From an uncultured Gemmatimonadales bacterium (GTDB taxonomy: Bacteria; Gemmatimonadota; Gemmatimonadetes; Longimicrobiales; RSA9): 64,000 nucleotides of DNA. Of this stretch, positions 30,771-40,554 are shown one piece after another; the first letter of the stretch is position 1; each line of letters opens with the position of its first letter. The stretch is from NCBI GenBank assembly GCA_963798085.1, contig CAWCRS010000007.1, positions 32,001 to 96,000 on the forward strand. Reading direction: 5' to 3'. The notes beneath the pieces are model-generated. The model ran no database searches, had not been told where the DNA came from, and saw nothing but the letters and a program-made list of their open reading frames with translations. A program made the position numbers and the translations under genes.

Positions 30771-31297
30771 GAATCCTCCGAGGCGGATCCGGTCTGCGGC
30801 GTGCTGAGCGTGGTCGGCGAGGATTCCACCGCGGCCGCCAGGCGTTCAGCTTCGCGGCCCACGCCGGCGAGCGTGCGCCGGGCGATGGCGCTCACGAAGT
30901 GCGGTGCAATCACGAGGCGCCAGGCGACGCCGCCAATCAGCGGCCACGCCGGCCCGGACCACGCGTGCGTGATCCGCACCAGCGTCTCTCCGGCGCGCGG
31001 CTGGAACTCCCACTTCACGACCATGCCGCGCGTGATGCCATCCACGTGGCGGAAATGGATGGCCGGCTCGCTGCTGTCGAGGCGCATGTCGGAGACCCAC
31101 CACGTCGGCCAGCGCAGCGGCAAACCGAAGTCGCGCCAGGCGGCCATCTCGACGCGGCGATTGCCGGACGCGTCGGGCGCACGAAAGCGCACCCACCGGT
31201 AATGCGAGAGGAAGGAGGGCCAGCGCTCGACATCCGCAGCGACGCGGAAACAGAGATCGGCGGGGGCGCGCATGGCGCGCTCGTCGACAATGGTCAC
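30767..31297 (-). CDS. SRPBCC/START polyketide cyclase-aromatase family protein
   Basis: RAPADLCFRVAADVERWPSFLSHY...W..IHFRHVDGITRGMVVKWEF...VRITH; overlaps fabF start. Confidence 0.85.
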   Translation of the reverse strand: MTIVDERAMRAPADLCFRVAADVERWPSFLSHYRWVRFRAPDASGNRRVEMAAWRDFGLPLRWPTWWVSDMRLDSSEPAIHFRHVDGITRGMVVKWEFQPRAGETLVRITHAWSGPAWPLIGGVAWRLVIAPHFVSAIARRTLAGVGREAERLAAAVESSPTTLSTPQTGSASEDS

Positions 31298-31304
31298 GAC
31301 GGAT

Positions 31305-32579
31305 TCATGCAGCCTCGACCGCACCCGGCGCAGCGCGGACACCCGCCAGGCTGAGCCACACGGCGGGTGAAAGAATGGAGCGCGCGGGCGCCAGATCACC
31401 GGTCGCCGCCAGCAGCGCACGACCTGCTGCGGGACTGCGGGCAAGCCGCGCAATGGCCCGGTCGGCCAGGCCGGACCGCGAGATCACTGCTTCAATGATA
31501 CGCTGGAGCCAGCGCGCTTCGCGAATCAGGGCACGCTGCAGGCTCTGGTACCGATGCATTGCGGGAACGAGGGCACGAGCGCGCGCGAGGAGCGGTGCCG
31601 CTTCGGCGGCGAGCAGCTCGGCGGAAGCGAGTGCCTGGAAGATGCCCTGGCCCGTGAACGGATCGAAGTAGCCCGCGGCATCGCCGGCCAGCGCCACGCC
31701 CGGCGCCACGATGCGCCGGGTCGGCTGATCGAACGGACCCGACGCAAGCAGTGCGGGCGCGCGGCCTCGAGCGGCGGGCTCATCCTCAAACACGATGTTA
31801 TCATACCGTCCGCGCAGTGCCGGGAACCGCCCCAGAGCGCGCTGGAAGAAGGCCAGCGGATCGCGCGCGATCTCGCGCCCGTACCGGTCGGCACCGGCTA
31901 CCACGGACAGATTGCAGGCGACGTCTCCACTCGATGTCACCGGCGCCACGCCGACGCACAACGCGTCCGCAAGGTGCATCTCGCCGAAGTCCGGAGCACA
32001 CTGCAGCCCGCGCACGTGTGCGGTAAGCGAGACCTTGCGCAGTACGGGTGGCCTCGCGGGCGCAGCGATGAGCCTGGCCACCGTGGAGCGCAGGCCATCG
32101 GCGCCCACGACGAGCCGGGCCTTCACAGCGAAAGTCTCACCCGCGCCACGCCGCCCGTGCACGCCACCGTCCGGCAGGAGTGCCGAAACGCGCACGCCGG
32201 TCTCGACGGCCACACCCGCGGCGCGGGCGCCGTCGAGGAGCAGCGCATCGAGGCGGGCACGGGGAAGAGCAAAGCCGCAGGCGACCTGCGGATCCGTGCC
32301 CGGAATCTGGTCGAAGCGTCCCTCGAAGCACGCGCCGGCCGGTGAGTAGATGCGCCAGCCCACGAGACGTGCGGGTGAAGCGCGCTCGATGTCCGGCAGC
32401 AGGCCGAGGCGATCCAGCACGCGAGTCGCCTCGGGGCTCAGGCAATCACCACACGGCTTGGGCCGCGGAAACACCTGGCGATCGAGCAGCAGCACAGCGA
32501 AGCCGGCGCGAGCCAGCAGCAGCGCGGTGGCCGAGCCGGCCGGTCCGCCGCCCACGACGACGACATCCGCCTGAGTCAA
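31305..32579 (-). CDS. FAD-dependent oxidoreductase (geranylgeranyl reductase / monooxygenase-like)
   Basis: VVVVGGGPAGS, FPRPKPCGD, VVGADGLRS, LAGDAAGYFDPFTGQGI. Confidence 0.92.
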   Translation of the reverse strand: MTQADVVVVGGGPAGSATALLLARAGFAVLLLDRQVFPRPKPCGDCLSPEATRVLDRLGLLPDIERASPARLVGWRIYSPAGACFEGRFDQIPGTDPQVACGFALPRARLDALLLDGARAAGVAVETGVRVSALLPDGGVHGRRGAGETFAVKARLVVGADGLRSTVARLIAAPARPPVLRKVSLTAHVRGLQCAPDFGEMHLADALCVGVAPVTSSGDVACNLSVVAGADRYGREIARDPLAFFQRALGRFPALRGRYDNIVFEDEPAARGRAPALLASGPFDQPTRRIVAPGVALAGDAAGYFDPFTGQGIFQALASAELLAAEAAPLLARARALVPAMHRYQSLQRALIREARWLQRIIEAVISRSGLADRAIARLARSPAAGRALLAATGDLAPARSILSPAVWLSLAGVRAAPGAVEAA

Positions 32580-33220
32580 CGTCCGCTCCGGCGGAAACTC
32601 GCATCGAACACCAGCACGATGTCATCCTTCACTTTCACCGTGCCCAGCAGTTTCGTGGGAGGCTTCATGCCCAGAGCCCGGAAGCTCGTGGTCAGACGAC
32701 CGCGCACGCGCAGCGTGTCACCCGCCAGGCTGGCGCGCACGGGAATGCGCACCTCGCGCGTGGAATCGCGCACTGTGAGCGAGCCCGCGAGCAGGAGCGG
32801 CACGGCAACCGTGCCATCATTGAAACCGGCGACCGGCGCGAGCGCCGAATCGACGACTGCGGCATCGGCGGGCGCGACACTGCCCACTACAAACACAATG
32901 TCAGGAAAGCGGTCGACCTTCAGTTCGCCGCGCAGGTGTCCATCACGCATGCCGTTGCCCGTCTTGAAGGATGCCGCATCGATGACGACGCGCCCGCCCG
33001 CGCCCGCGAACGTGGTGGTGTCGGGCAGCTCGGCCCATCCCGAGAAACGCGTGGCGTGCGCCTCGAAGCGACCGAGCGTAGCATCACCTTCGAGCCAGAT
33101 GCGCGTGCCCGCGCTGTCCAGCTGCAGCCGGGGCAGCTGGTCCTGCGCAGGAACGGGCGAACTCGCGTGCGGTGCCATGGCCGCGCGCGGGAACACGCAG
33201 AGCGCCAGCAGCGCACCCAT
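32576..33220 (-). CDS. YceI family lipid/polyisoprenoid-binding protein
   Basis: IDAASFKTGNGMRDGHLR..L....FPDIVF and GSLTVRDSTREV; signal-like N-terminus; start uncertain. Confidence 0.88.
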   Translation of the reverse strand: MGALLALCVFPRAAMAPHASSPVPAQDQLPRLQLDSAGTRIWLEGDATLGRFEAHATRFSGWAELPDTTTFAGAGGRVVIDAASFKTGNGMRDGHLRGELKVDRFPDIVFVVGSVAPADAAVVDSALAPVAGFNDGTVAVPLLLAGSLTVRDSTREVRIPVRASLAGDTLRVRGRLTTSFRALGMKPPTKLLGTVKVKDDIVLVFDASFRRSGR

Positions 33221-33241
33221 CGCCAGCCACGGACCGGGTCG

Positions 33242-34168
33242 ATGAAGATCTATTACACGGACCACTTCGTGCTCCCGCTGCCGCCCGGTCATCGATTTCC
33301 CATGGCGAAGTACGCCCTTCTCCGAGAACGTGTGAGCCGGTCCGGGTTCGTACCCCCGCACCAACTGGTCGAGCCGGCGGCGGCAACCGATGCAGAACTC
33401 ATGCGCGTGCATGATGCGCAGTATGTGCGGGCCGTGCGCACGGGCACGCTGCCCGCGCAGGAGATCCGGCGCATCGGCTTTCCCTGGTCACCTGAACTCG
33501 TGGAACGCTCGCTGCGTTCCGTGGGCGCCACGCTGGCCGCGTCGCGCGCGGCTCTGGCAGACGGTCTGGCCGTGAATCTGGCCGGTGGAACCCACCACGC
33601 GTACGCCGATCACGGCGAAGGCTTCTGCGTATTCAACGACGTGGCCGTGGCGGTGCGCGCACTGCAGCACGAGGGCCTGGCGCAGCGCTTTCTCGTGATC
33701 GATACCGATGTGCATCAGGGCAATGGCACCGCGCACCTGTTCCGTGAGGACGCGGCGGTCTTCACATTCTCCGTGCACGGCGACGCCAACTATCCGTTCC
33801 ACAAGGAACGCAGCACGTTCGACGTGGGCCTGCCCGATGGCGCGCCCGACGTGGCCTATCTCGCTGCCGTGCGCGCCGGACTGGATGCGGCATTCGACAA
33901 CGGCGCATTCGATCTTGCGTTCTGGGTGTCGGGCGCTGATGCCTTCGAAGGCGACCTGCTGGGCCGGCTTCAGGTCTCGAAATCCGGCCTCGTGCAGCGC
34001 GACCGCCTCGTGCTCGAGCGCTGCGCGGAGGAAGGCGTGCCCCTGGTGCTCGTGATGGGCGGGGGGTACGCCGCGAAGGTGGATGATGTCGTCGACATCC
34101 ACTACGCGAGCGTGGCCGCGGCGGCAGATTTTGCGGCGCGCGGCGAGCCCAGCCCCACGAGACGGTAG
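33242..34168 (+). CDS. Histone-deacetylase family protein
   Basis: GHRFPMAKY, NLAGGTHHA, GEGFCVFND, DTDVHQGNGT, GGGY. Confidence 0.95.
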   Translation: MKIYYTDHFVLPLPPGHRFPMAKYALLRERVSRSGFVPPHQLVEPAAATDAELMRVHDAQYVRAVRTGTLPAQEIRRIGFPWSPELVERSLRSVGATLAASRAALADGLAVNLAGGTHHAYADHGEGFCVFNDVAVAVRALQHEGLAQRFLVIDTDVHQGNGTAHLFREDAAVFTFSVHGDANYPFHKERSTFDVGLPDGAPDVAYLAAVRAGLDAAFDNGAFDLAFWVSGADAFEGDLLGRLQVSKSGLVQRDRLVLERCAEEGVPLVLVMGGGYAAKVDDVVDIHYASVAAAADFAARGEPSPTRR

Positions 34169-34836
34169 AAGAAGCGTCGCTTCACGTTTACATCCTCCAG
34201 GCCGGCGCTGCGCAGCGCGGCGCGCAGCTCCTCCGGTGTGAAGGCGCGCAGCACGGAAACCGGCCCGTCATGGCGGGCCAGCGAATTTCCTCGCCAGACG
34301 GTTCCCGCGAGCAGCTTCGCGCCCAGGTAGTTGGGCCAGCAGCGCTCCAGCTCATTGACGACCACGCGTCCCTGCGCCACGCGCACGAGCTCGCGCAGGA
34401 CACGCGTGCAGGCATCACCCTCGAAGTGGTGCAGCGCCAGCGACATGAGCACGACATCGAAGTGCCCATCGGGGAACGGCAGCGCCAGCGCATCGGCGCG
34501 CACGAACGTGATGGGCAGCGAGGCCGGTGTACGGGCGCGCGCAATGGCCAGGATCTGCGGGTGCCGGTCCAGCGCCACGATGCGCACCTGCGCACGGTGC
34601 GCACGCGCCAGGCCGGCAATGCTGCGCACCACGTCGCCACTGCCGCAGGCCACGTCCAGCAGTGTGAGGCGTGCACCCGGGCGGAGGCGGGAACGCAGCA
34701 GCGCGCGCACGGCACGCAGCCCGCCTAACCACGCATTTACATGCTCGATGTGGCGCAGGTCACGCGCCAGCAGCCCTTCGTCCAGGCCGGGCTCGTCCAT
34801 GCGCTCACTGACGTGCTGCAGGCGGCGGGGCGGCAT
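34102..34836 (-). CDS. SAM-dependent methyltransferase
   Basis: ERMD...VNAWLGG, LLDVACGSGD, LALHHF, HDGPVSVLRAFT. Confidence 0.9.
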   Translation of the reverse strand: MPPRRLQHVSERMDEPGLDEGLLARDLRHIEHVNAWLGGLRAVRALLRSRLRPGARLTLLDVACGSGDVVRSIAGLARAHRAQVRIVALDRHPQILAIARARTPASLPITFVRADALALPFPDGHFDVVLMSLALHHFEGDACTRVLRELVRVAQGRVVVNELERCWPNYLGAKLLAGTVWRGNSLARHDGPVSVLRAFTPEELRAALRSAGLEDVNVKRRFFYRLVGLGSPRAAKSAAAATLA

Positions 34837-36218
34837 CAGGGGGCCGCCCGGGCGTGCGCGGCGATGTGGCTGCGCACCTTGCCCGCCGCGGCCTGGAGCG
34901 CGGCCTGCGCGCGCGTCGCATCGAGCGAGAGTGCGCGGCCGTCGCGCCAGAGCACGCGGCCCTGCACCACCGTGAGCGTGACATCGCTGCCGCGCGCCGC
35001 GAGGAAGAGCGCGGCCAGCGGATCGTGCACGGGTTGCACGTGGGCGTCGCGGAAGCTGACCGCGCACAGGTCGGCATCCTTGCCCGCCTCGAGCGACCCG
35101 ACCCGCGCAGCCAGACCGAGGGCGCGGGCGCCCTCCAGTGTCACCATGCGCAGCAGTGCCGCCGGTGGCAGCAGCACCGGCGACTGCAGCCGGGCGCGCT
35201 GCAGCGCCTGCGCCTGCCTGGCTTCTTCCAGCAGGTCCATGCGGTTGTTGCTGGCCATGGAATCCGTTCCCAGGCCCACCGTGACACCCGCATCGAGCAG
35301 ATCGGTCACGGGGGCAATGCCGTGACCCAACCGCGCGTTAGCGGTGGGACAGTGGGCGACGCGTGCACCGCTCGCCGACAGCGCCGCGATGTCCTCGGCA
35401 TTGATGCGCACGGCGTGGATGATCAGCGGCGAGGCGGCCAGAATGCCGGTGGCCTCGAGCAGCGCGATGGGGGAGCGGGCGCGCGGTGGTGTGGCCATGC
35501 CGCGGGCGCGCAGGCGCTCCCCGAACACGCCGTTACCATGGCGCACGAGCGCATCCTCGGTCGCGCTCTCGGCGGCGTGCACGGCGAGCGGCAGGTCCTG
35601 GTCCCGCGCCAGGCGGGCAACCGCGCGGAACAGGGCGTCGGACACGGTGAAGGGTGCGTGCGGTGAAACGCCCACGCGCACCAGCGAAGTCTGCAGCGGC
35701 TCGAGCGCGGCGAGCTGCGCACGCAACGTGGCCAGCGCGGCGTCGCATTGCTCAGGCGAAGGTCCGAAGACCTCGCGGAAAACCACGCCACGCTGACCGC
35801 TGGCACGCAGCGCGTGCACGGTCGCGTCCGAGTCCTCGGTGGCCGCCAGCGTGGTGATGCCTGCGGCCAGCGCCTCGAGGCAGCCCCACTGCGCGGCGGC
35901 GCGGTAGTCTTCGGCGCTGAGGCCGGCTTCGCGCCGGATGCGCAGCAGCGTGCCGATCCAGTCGGGGAAGGGCAGGTCCTCGAGGGCGCCGCGCAGCAGT
36001 GTCAGCTCCGGGTGTGCGTGCGTATTCACCAGGCCCGGCAGCAGCGCGGCGTCACCCAGGGCAATGTCCTCGGCGGCGGCGGGTGCAGGTACGTGGTCGC
36101 GCGGACCCACGGCCCTGATAATACCGTGTTCGTCCACCAGCACGGCGCCATCGGCGATCGGCGGCGACGTGACCGGCAATACCCATTGCGCGGTGTAGCG
36201 CGCGGGACGGAGGCTCAC
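34836..36218 (-). CDS. Amidohydrolase, MTA/SAH deaminase-like
   Basis: PGLVNTHAHPE, SPHAPFT, VHAAES, HCPTAN, LGTDS; coupled to neighbours on both sides. Confidence 0.85.
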   Translation of the reverse strand: MSLRPARYTAQWVLPVTSPPIADGAVLVDEHGIIRAVGPRDHVPAPAAAEDIALGDAALLPGLVNTHAHPELTLLRGALEDLPFPDWIGTLLRIRREAGLSAEDYRAAAQWGCLEALAAGITTLAATEDSDATVHALRASGQRGVVFREVFGPSPEQCDAALATLRAQLAALEPLQTSLVRVGVSPHAPFTVSDALFRAVARLARDQDLPLAVHAAESATEDALVRHGNGVFGERLRARGMATPPRARSPIALLEATGILAASPLIIHAVRINAEDIAALSASGARVAHCPTANARLGHGIAPVTDLLDAGVTVGLGTDSMASNNRMDLLEEARQAQALQRARLQSPVLLPPAALLRMVTLEGARALGLAARVGSLEAGKDADLCAVSFRDAHVQPVHDPLAALFLAARGSDVTLTVVQGRVLWRDGRALSLDATRAQAALQAAAGKVRSHIAAHARAAP

Positions 36219-38050
36219 GAGCGGGCGCTGCCGTTGAAGCGAAACAGGTCGCCGGCGATGCCGTCGGGGCGCGAGCGGCGGAACTGGAAATCGTTGTCGG
36301 AATTGCCAATGCCGATCAGCTCGCCGATGGTGAGCCGGACCTGGAGCCTGCCGGCATCCCCGCCGCGGTCCAGCGGCCAGGCGAAGTCGAGGCGATAGGT
36401 AGTGCGGCTGCCCGCGGGGAAGGAAGTACGCAGACCGAAGCCAAGCGAGCTGCGCCAGCCGGAATCCGTTCCGAAGGGCGAGTCGCCCGGCCACATGCGA
36501 CCGGCATCGGCGAAGAACGTGAGGCCCGAGTCGAATACATCCTTGAGCGGCCAGCCGATGTACACGCGATCCTCGAGCGTGAAAACCAGCCGGCGCCCGC
36601 CGGGAAAGCGTTCGATGTCGTAGCCGCGCACGCCACGCTCGCCACCCAGCGTCAGCTGAAACGGCGTGCGCGTGTGCCGGGCGGCGGCCGCATCGGCGCG
36701 CAGCAGCAGGGTCTGGCGGGGCAGCGCCGGAAAGCGCAGGTAGCTGAACAGCTCGGCTTCACCGTACAGGTCCTGCCAGCGCACTTCGTCGGGCACAATG
36801 CCGAAGTGACGCAGACCGTCGCCGCGGGCACGCGCAATGACCAGCGCGGGCCCGCTGGCAAACGCGCTGTACGTGAGCAGCGAGAGCGTCATGTCGTCGT
36901 CGTGCGCGAGGGCGGGCAGGGAGCGGCCCACATCGAAGCCGGCTTCGACGCCGAGGTGCACATCTTCTTCGCCCCGCATGCTGTCCAGGCCACGCCGCTT
37001 GATCCAATGCACATCGCGCGCGCCCACCAGCAAGTGCACGCGCAGGGCGTCACGCTCCATCGTCTGCGGCGCGATGGGCGCAGCGGTGGCGCTGTCCGCG
37101 GGAATGCGCTCGTCGAAGTGACCATCAGGCGCCAGCTGAAGCGTACCAATGCGCCGCAGCCGCTCCCGCGCCAGGCCGACTCCCGCCTGCAGGGAACGGC
37201 CGCGATCACCGAAGCGGCGCAGCAGCGATGCCTCGAAGCTCTCCGAGCGCACCGGCAACAGCGCATGCGCCGCGTTCTCGCCTGCATCATCGCGGGTAAT
37301 GTAGTCGAAGAACTGATCGTTGCGACTATAGCCTTCGCGGCCGGCCCAGTGGCCGATCTCGCCGAGGAAGGGATAACCGATCTGTTCGCGGAAGAAGGAG
37401 CCGGCACGGGTGCGGCCCACCGCGGAGGTGAGATCCCAGCGCGTGCGCCCGATCTGTGGCGAAAAATACGTGAGGCCGTAGTCGCGTGTGACCTCCCGCT
37501 CCTGCCAGAAGACGGTGACTTCCTGACCCATGCCGAGGAAGTTGTACTCGCTCAAGCGCAATCCTTCGAAGCGGAGATTGCGGTCCACGCGGACGCGCAG
37601 GTCCACGCGTGTGCTCCAGTCGTCGTGCGTGTCCACGATCACGTGATGCGAGCCATCGGTCTGGGGCACGCCGTAGATGTCGACCTGGGCGAGGAAGGGA
37701 TAGGCGCGCAGCACGCGCTCGCTCTCGGCCAGCAGAAAGGGGTCGTAGCAGTCTCCCGGTCGGAACAGCAGCTCGCGGCGGATCACCCACTGGCGCGTGC
37801 GCACGTGCAGCGCATTGGCGGCGCGATAGGCCCAGCGGAAGCGCGCATCGAGGTCGGGATCGGACGTGTCGAATATCGAGTTATTGTCGATGAAAACGAA
37901 GGAGATGCGACCGTCCGGGCAGGCGGCCTTCGCCCCGGCGTCAGCCTGGGCGTGCGCCGCGCCCGCGGTGACGACGAGAAGCAGGAGCGCGAAAAGCACG
38001 GTCGAGCTACCCCGGCGGCGCACCGACGGATCCTCGCAGGCGGGCTGCAA
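36215..38050 (-). CDS. Omp85 (BamA/TamA-like) surface-antigen protein
   Basis: POTRA-like TRQWVIRRELLF...ESERVLR; LGGERGVRGY loop motif; FFADAG and GFGLR barrel strands. Confidence 0.8.
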   Translation of the reverse strand: MQPACEDPSVRRRGSSTVLFALLLLVVTAGAAHAQADAGAKAACPDGRISFVFIDNNSIFDTSDPDLDARFRWAYRAANALHVRTRQWVIRRELLFRPGDCYDPFLLAESERVLRAYPFLAQVDIYGVPQTDGSHHVIVDTHDDWSTRVDLRVRVDRNLRFEGLRLSEYNFLGMGQEVTVFWQEREVTRDYGLTYFSPQIGRTRWDLTSAVGRTRAGSFFREQIGYPFLGEIGHWAGREGYSRNDQFFDYITRDDAGENAAHALLPVRSESFEASLLRRFGDRGRSLQAGVGLARERLRRIGTLQLAPDGHFDERIPADSATAAPIAPQTMERDALRVHLLVGARDVHWIKRRGLDSMRGEEDVHLGVEAGFDVGRSLPALAHDDDMTLSLLTYSAFASGPALVIARARGDGLRHFGIVPDEVRWQDLYGEAELFSYLRFPALPRQTLLLRADAAAARHTRTPFQLTLGGERGVRGYDIERFPGGRRLVFTLEDRVYIGWPLKDVFDSGLTFFADAGRMWPGDSPFGTDSGWRSSLGFGLRTSFPAGSRTTYRLDFAWPLDRGGDAGRLQVRLTIGELIGIGNSDNDFQFRRSRPDGIAGDLFRFNGSARS

Positions 38051-38200
38051 CTTGCTGACAGGCCGTCGGTTGCATGATCAACGGGCCGTTGCACGGGAAG
38101 CCGACCCTGCTCGCGCGGGCGCGCGCGATTCTGTCGGAAGTGCGGTGGACGGGCGCGAAATTACCGGCGCGCGCGACCCCCGGGCAAGGCGGCTCATCGC

Positions 38201-38230
38201 TTGACACGACTGCGCCAAATCCAATAAGGT
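38201..38230 (+). promoter_or_regulatory. sigma70-type promoter of pckA
   Basis: TTGACA (38201-38206), 18-nt spacer, TAAGGT (38225-38230). Confidence 0.55.
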
Positions 38231-38307
38231 GGCCCGGTTGCACACATATAGCACACGACAGAAACCGCGGCTGCGACGACGCGCCCGCTGATCGGAGATC
38301 GAATACG

Positions 38308-39897
38308 GTGGTTACGACCCGTGTCGCCGAAAAGGAACTGACGAAACACGGTCTGCATCCTCGGCAGGCCGTGCACTGGAATGCGCATCCCGCGTGGCTC
38401 ATCGAGACCGCGGTGCGGCGAGGGGAGGGACTGCTGTCGGCCGATGGTGCATTCGTCGGCATTACCACGCCGCACACGGGCCGCTCGCCCAATGACAAGT
38501 TCGTGGTGCGCGAGCCGGAGACATCCGCCCATGTGTGGTGGGGCAGCGTGAACTCGCCCATGGAGCCGGAGCAGTTCGAGTTGCTGCGGCGGGATATCCT
38601 GCAGCATCTCGAGCCGCAGGAGCTGTTCGTGCGGGATGTCTGGGCCGGCGCCGACCCGGCATACCGCATTGGCGTGCGCTCCATAAGTCCGAACGCGTGG
38701 CAGACGCTCTTCGTGTACAACATGTTCGTCGTCCCCACGCCGCACGAGGCGAGCGCGTTCGAGCCCGACTGGGTGCTGCTGCACGCGCCCGAATTCCATG
38801 CGGACCCGCAGCGCCACGGCACCCGCACCAGCACGGCGATTGTGCTGAACCTGGCCCGGCGCACGGTGCTCATCGCCGGCACGCGCTACGCCGGCGAAAT
38901 GAAGAAGTCGATCTTCACGGTGCTGAACTACGTGCTGCCCCGGCGAGGTGTGCTGAGCATGCACTGCTCGGCCAATGCGGGACACAGCGGCGACGTGGCG
39001 CTGTTCTTCGGGTTGTCGGGAACCGGCAAGACCACGTTGTCGACGGATCCGAACCGCCATCTGATCGGTGACGACGAGCACGGCTGGTCCGACGAGGGCG
39101 TATTCAACTTCGAGGGCGGCAACTACGCCAAGGTGATCCGGCTGTCGCCGCGCGGCGAGCCGCTGATCTACGCGGCCAGCCGCCGCTTCGGCGCGATACT
39201 CGAGAACGTCGTGATGGATGAGGCCACGCGCGAGGTCGACTGGAACGACGACTCCATCACGGAGAACACGCGATCCTCGTACCCGATCGAATTCATCGAG
39301 GGGGCCGTGCCCGGCGGCATGGGCGCCCACCCGGCGCACGTCGTGTTCCTCACGGCGGATGCGTTTGGCGTGATGCCGCCCATCGCCAGGCTGACGCAGG
39401 ATCAGGCAATGTATCATTTCCTCTCGGGTTACACGGCGAAAGTCGCAGGCACCGAGCGCGGCGTCACCGAGCCGAAGGCAGCATTCAGCACGTGTTTCGG
39501 CGCGCCGTTCCTGCCGCTGCCGCCATCCGTGTACGCCGGGATGCTCGGCCAGAAGCTGCAGCGTCACGGCGCGCAGTGCTGGCTGATCAACACCGGCTGG
39601 ACGGGCGGGCCCTACGGTTCCGGCCACCGCATGAAGCTGGCGTACACGCGAGCCATGATCGATGCCATGCTGGATGGACGCCTGGATGACGTCCCCACCA
39701 CCACGGACCCGTTTTTTGGTCTGTGCGTTCCGCAGCACGTGCACGGCGTTCCGGATGAGGTGCTGAATCCGCGCGTTACGTGGGCAGACGGCGCGGCGTA
39801 TGATGCACAGGCGAAGAAGCTCGCGGCGATGTTCCGTGAGAATTTCGCGAAATTCGAGGGTGTCTCCGCCGGCGTTCGCAGTGCCGGCCCCGCATGA
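38308..39897 (+). CDS. pckA: Phosphoenolpyruvate carboxykinase (ATP)
   Basis: TGRSPNDKF, YAGEMKK, MHCSAN, GLSGTGKTTLS, LIGDDEHGW, TENTR. Confidence 0.97.
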   Translation: MVTTRVAEKELTKHGLHPRQAVHWNAHPAWLIETAVRRGEGLLSADGAFVGITTPHTGRSPNDKFVVREPETSAHVWWGSVNSPMEPEQFELLRRDILQHLEPQELFVRDVWAGADPAYRIGVRSISPNAWQTLFVYNMFVVPTPHEASAFEPDWVLLHAPEFHADPQRHGTRTSTAIVLNLARRTVLIAGTRYAGEMKKSIFTVLNYVLPRRGVLSMHCSANAGHSGDVALFFGLSGTGKTTLSTDPNRHLIGDDEHGWSDEGVFNFEGGNYAKVIRLSPRGEPLIYAASRRFGAILENVVMDEATREVDWNDDSITENTRSSYPIEFIEGAVPGGMGAHPAHVVFLTADAFGVMPPIARLTQDQAMYHFLSGYTAKVAGTERGVTEPKAAFSTCFGAPFLPLPPSVYAGMLGQKLQRHGAQCWLINTGWTGGPYGSGHRMKLAYTRAMIDAMLDGRLDDVPTTTDPFFGLCVPQHVHGVPDEVLNPRVTWADGAAYDAQAKKLAAMFRENFAKFEGVSAGVRSAGPA

Positions 39898-39920
39898 TTC
39901 TTCGAGCAGGAGATCGAGCC

Positions 39921-40490
39921 ATGCGACAGCTTGCGTGCGTGTTCACGCTGATCATGGCGACAGGCGCCTGCGCATCGGCACCAGCGCAGCCGGTGATCAA
40001 GGAAGCGCCGCAGACACCGCCGGCCATTCTCTCGAGCGGCGCCGACAACGGGACGGGCACCGAAGTCCGGCTTTCGTCCGACATCCGCTCGATCGAGGGC
40101 GAGATCCTGGCGCCGCGTGACAGTGTCTGGTCCGCACTGCCCGCCATGTGGCAGGCGCTGGGCATTCCGGTCGCGAGCATCGACCGTGCGCGCGGCACAC
40201 TGCGCAGCGGTCGTTTCCGCGCGCCGCACAGCCTGGGCGGCAAATCGCTGCGCGAGCTGGTGGATTGCGGCTATTCCGTCACCGGGCCGCGGGCCGACAT
40301 CTGGGAAGTATCGATGGAGATCATGACCGTCGTGCAACCCGCCAACAGTGCGCGCACGCGGATTGCCACGCAGATCATTTCCGATGCGCGGCCACGCGAT
40401 GGCACCAGTACACAGGGGGTATCGTGCGGCAGTCTGGGCGAACTGGAACGCACGCTCGCGCAGCGGTTGCAGCAGCGGTTTCCGTCCTGA
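39921..40490 (+). CDS. Hypothetical lipoprotein
   Basis: AGGAG RBS; MRQLACVFTLIMATGAC lipobox; paired Cys (VDCG, VSCGSLG). Confidence 0.7.
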   Translation: MRQLACVFTLIMATGACASAPAQPVIKEAPQTPPAILSSGADNGTGTEVRLSSDIRSIEGEILAPRDSVWSALPAMWQALGIPVASIDRARGTLRSGRFRAPHSLGGKSLRELVDCGYSVTGPRADIWEVSMEIMTVVQPANSARTRIATQIISDARPRDGTSTQGVSCGSLGELERTLAQRLQQRFPS

Positions 40491-40554
40491 GTTCTGACGC
40501 ACGCACATGAACCGCGCCGCGCTCCCGCATGCGGGGGCGCGGCGATTGCTTCTC

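Noticed and set aside
28584..31202. 872-aa + strand ORF and similar long antisense ORFs (4507-5823, 36674-38077, 38194-39744, 57862-59595)
   Set aside because: Shadow ORFs of genuine opposite-strand genes in GC-rich DNA; Arg/Ala/Gly-rich with no motifs
29457..32579. Calling the cluster a classical type II PKS, aryl polyene or ladderane BGC
   Set aside because: No chain-length factor, ACP, ketoreductase or dehydratase in the locus
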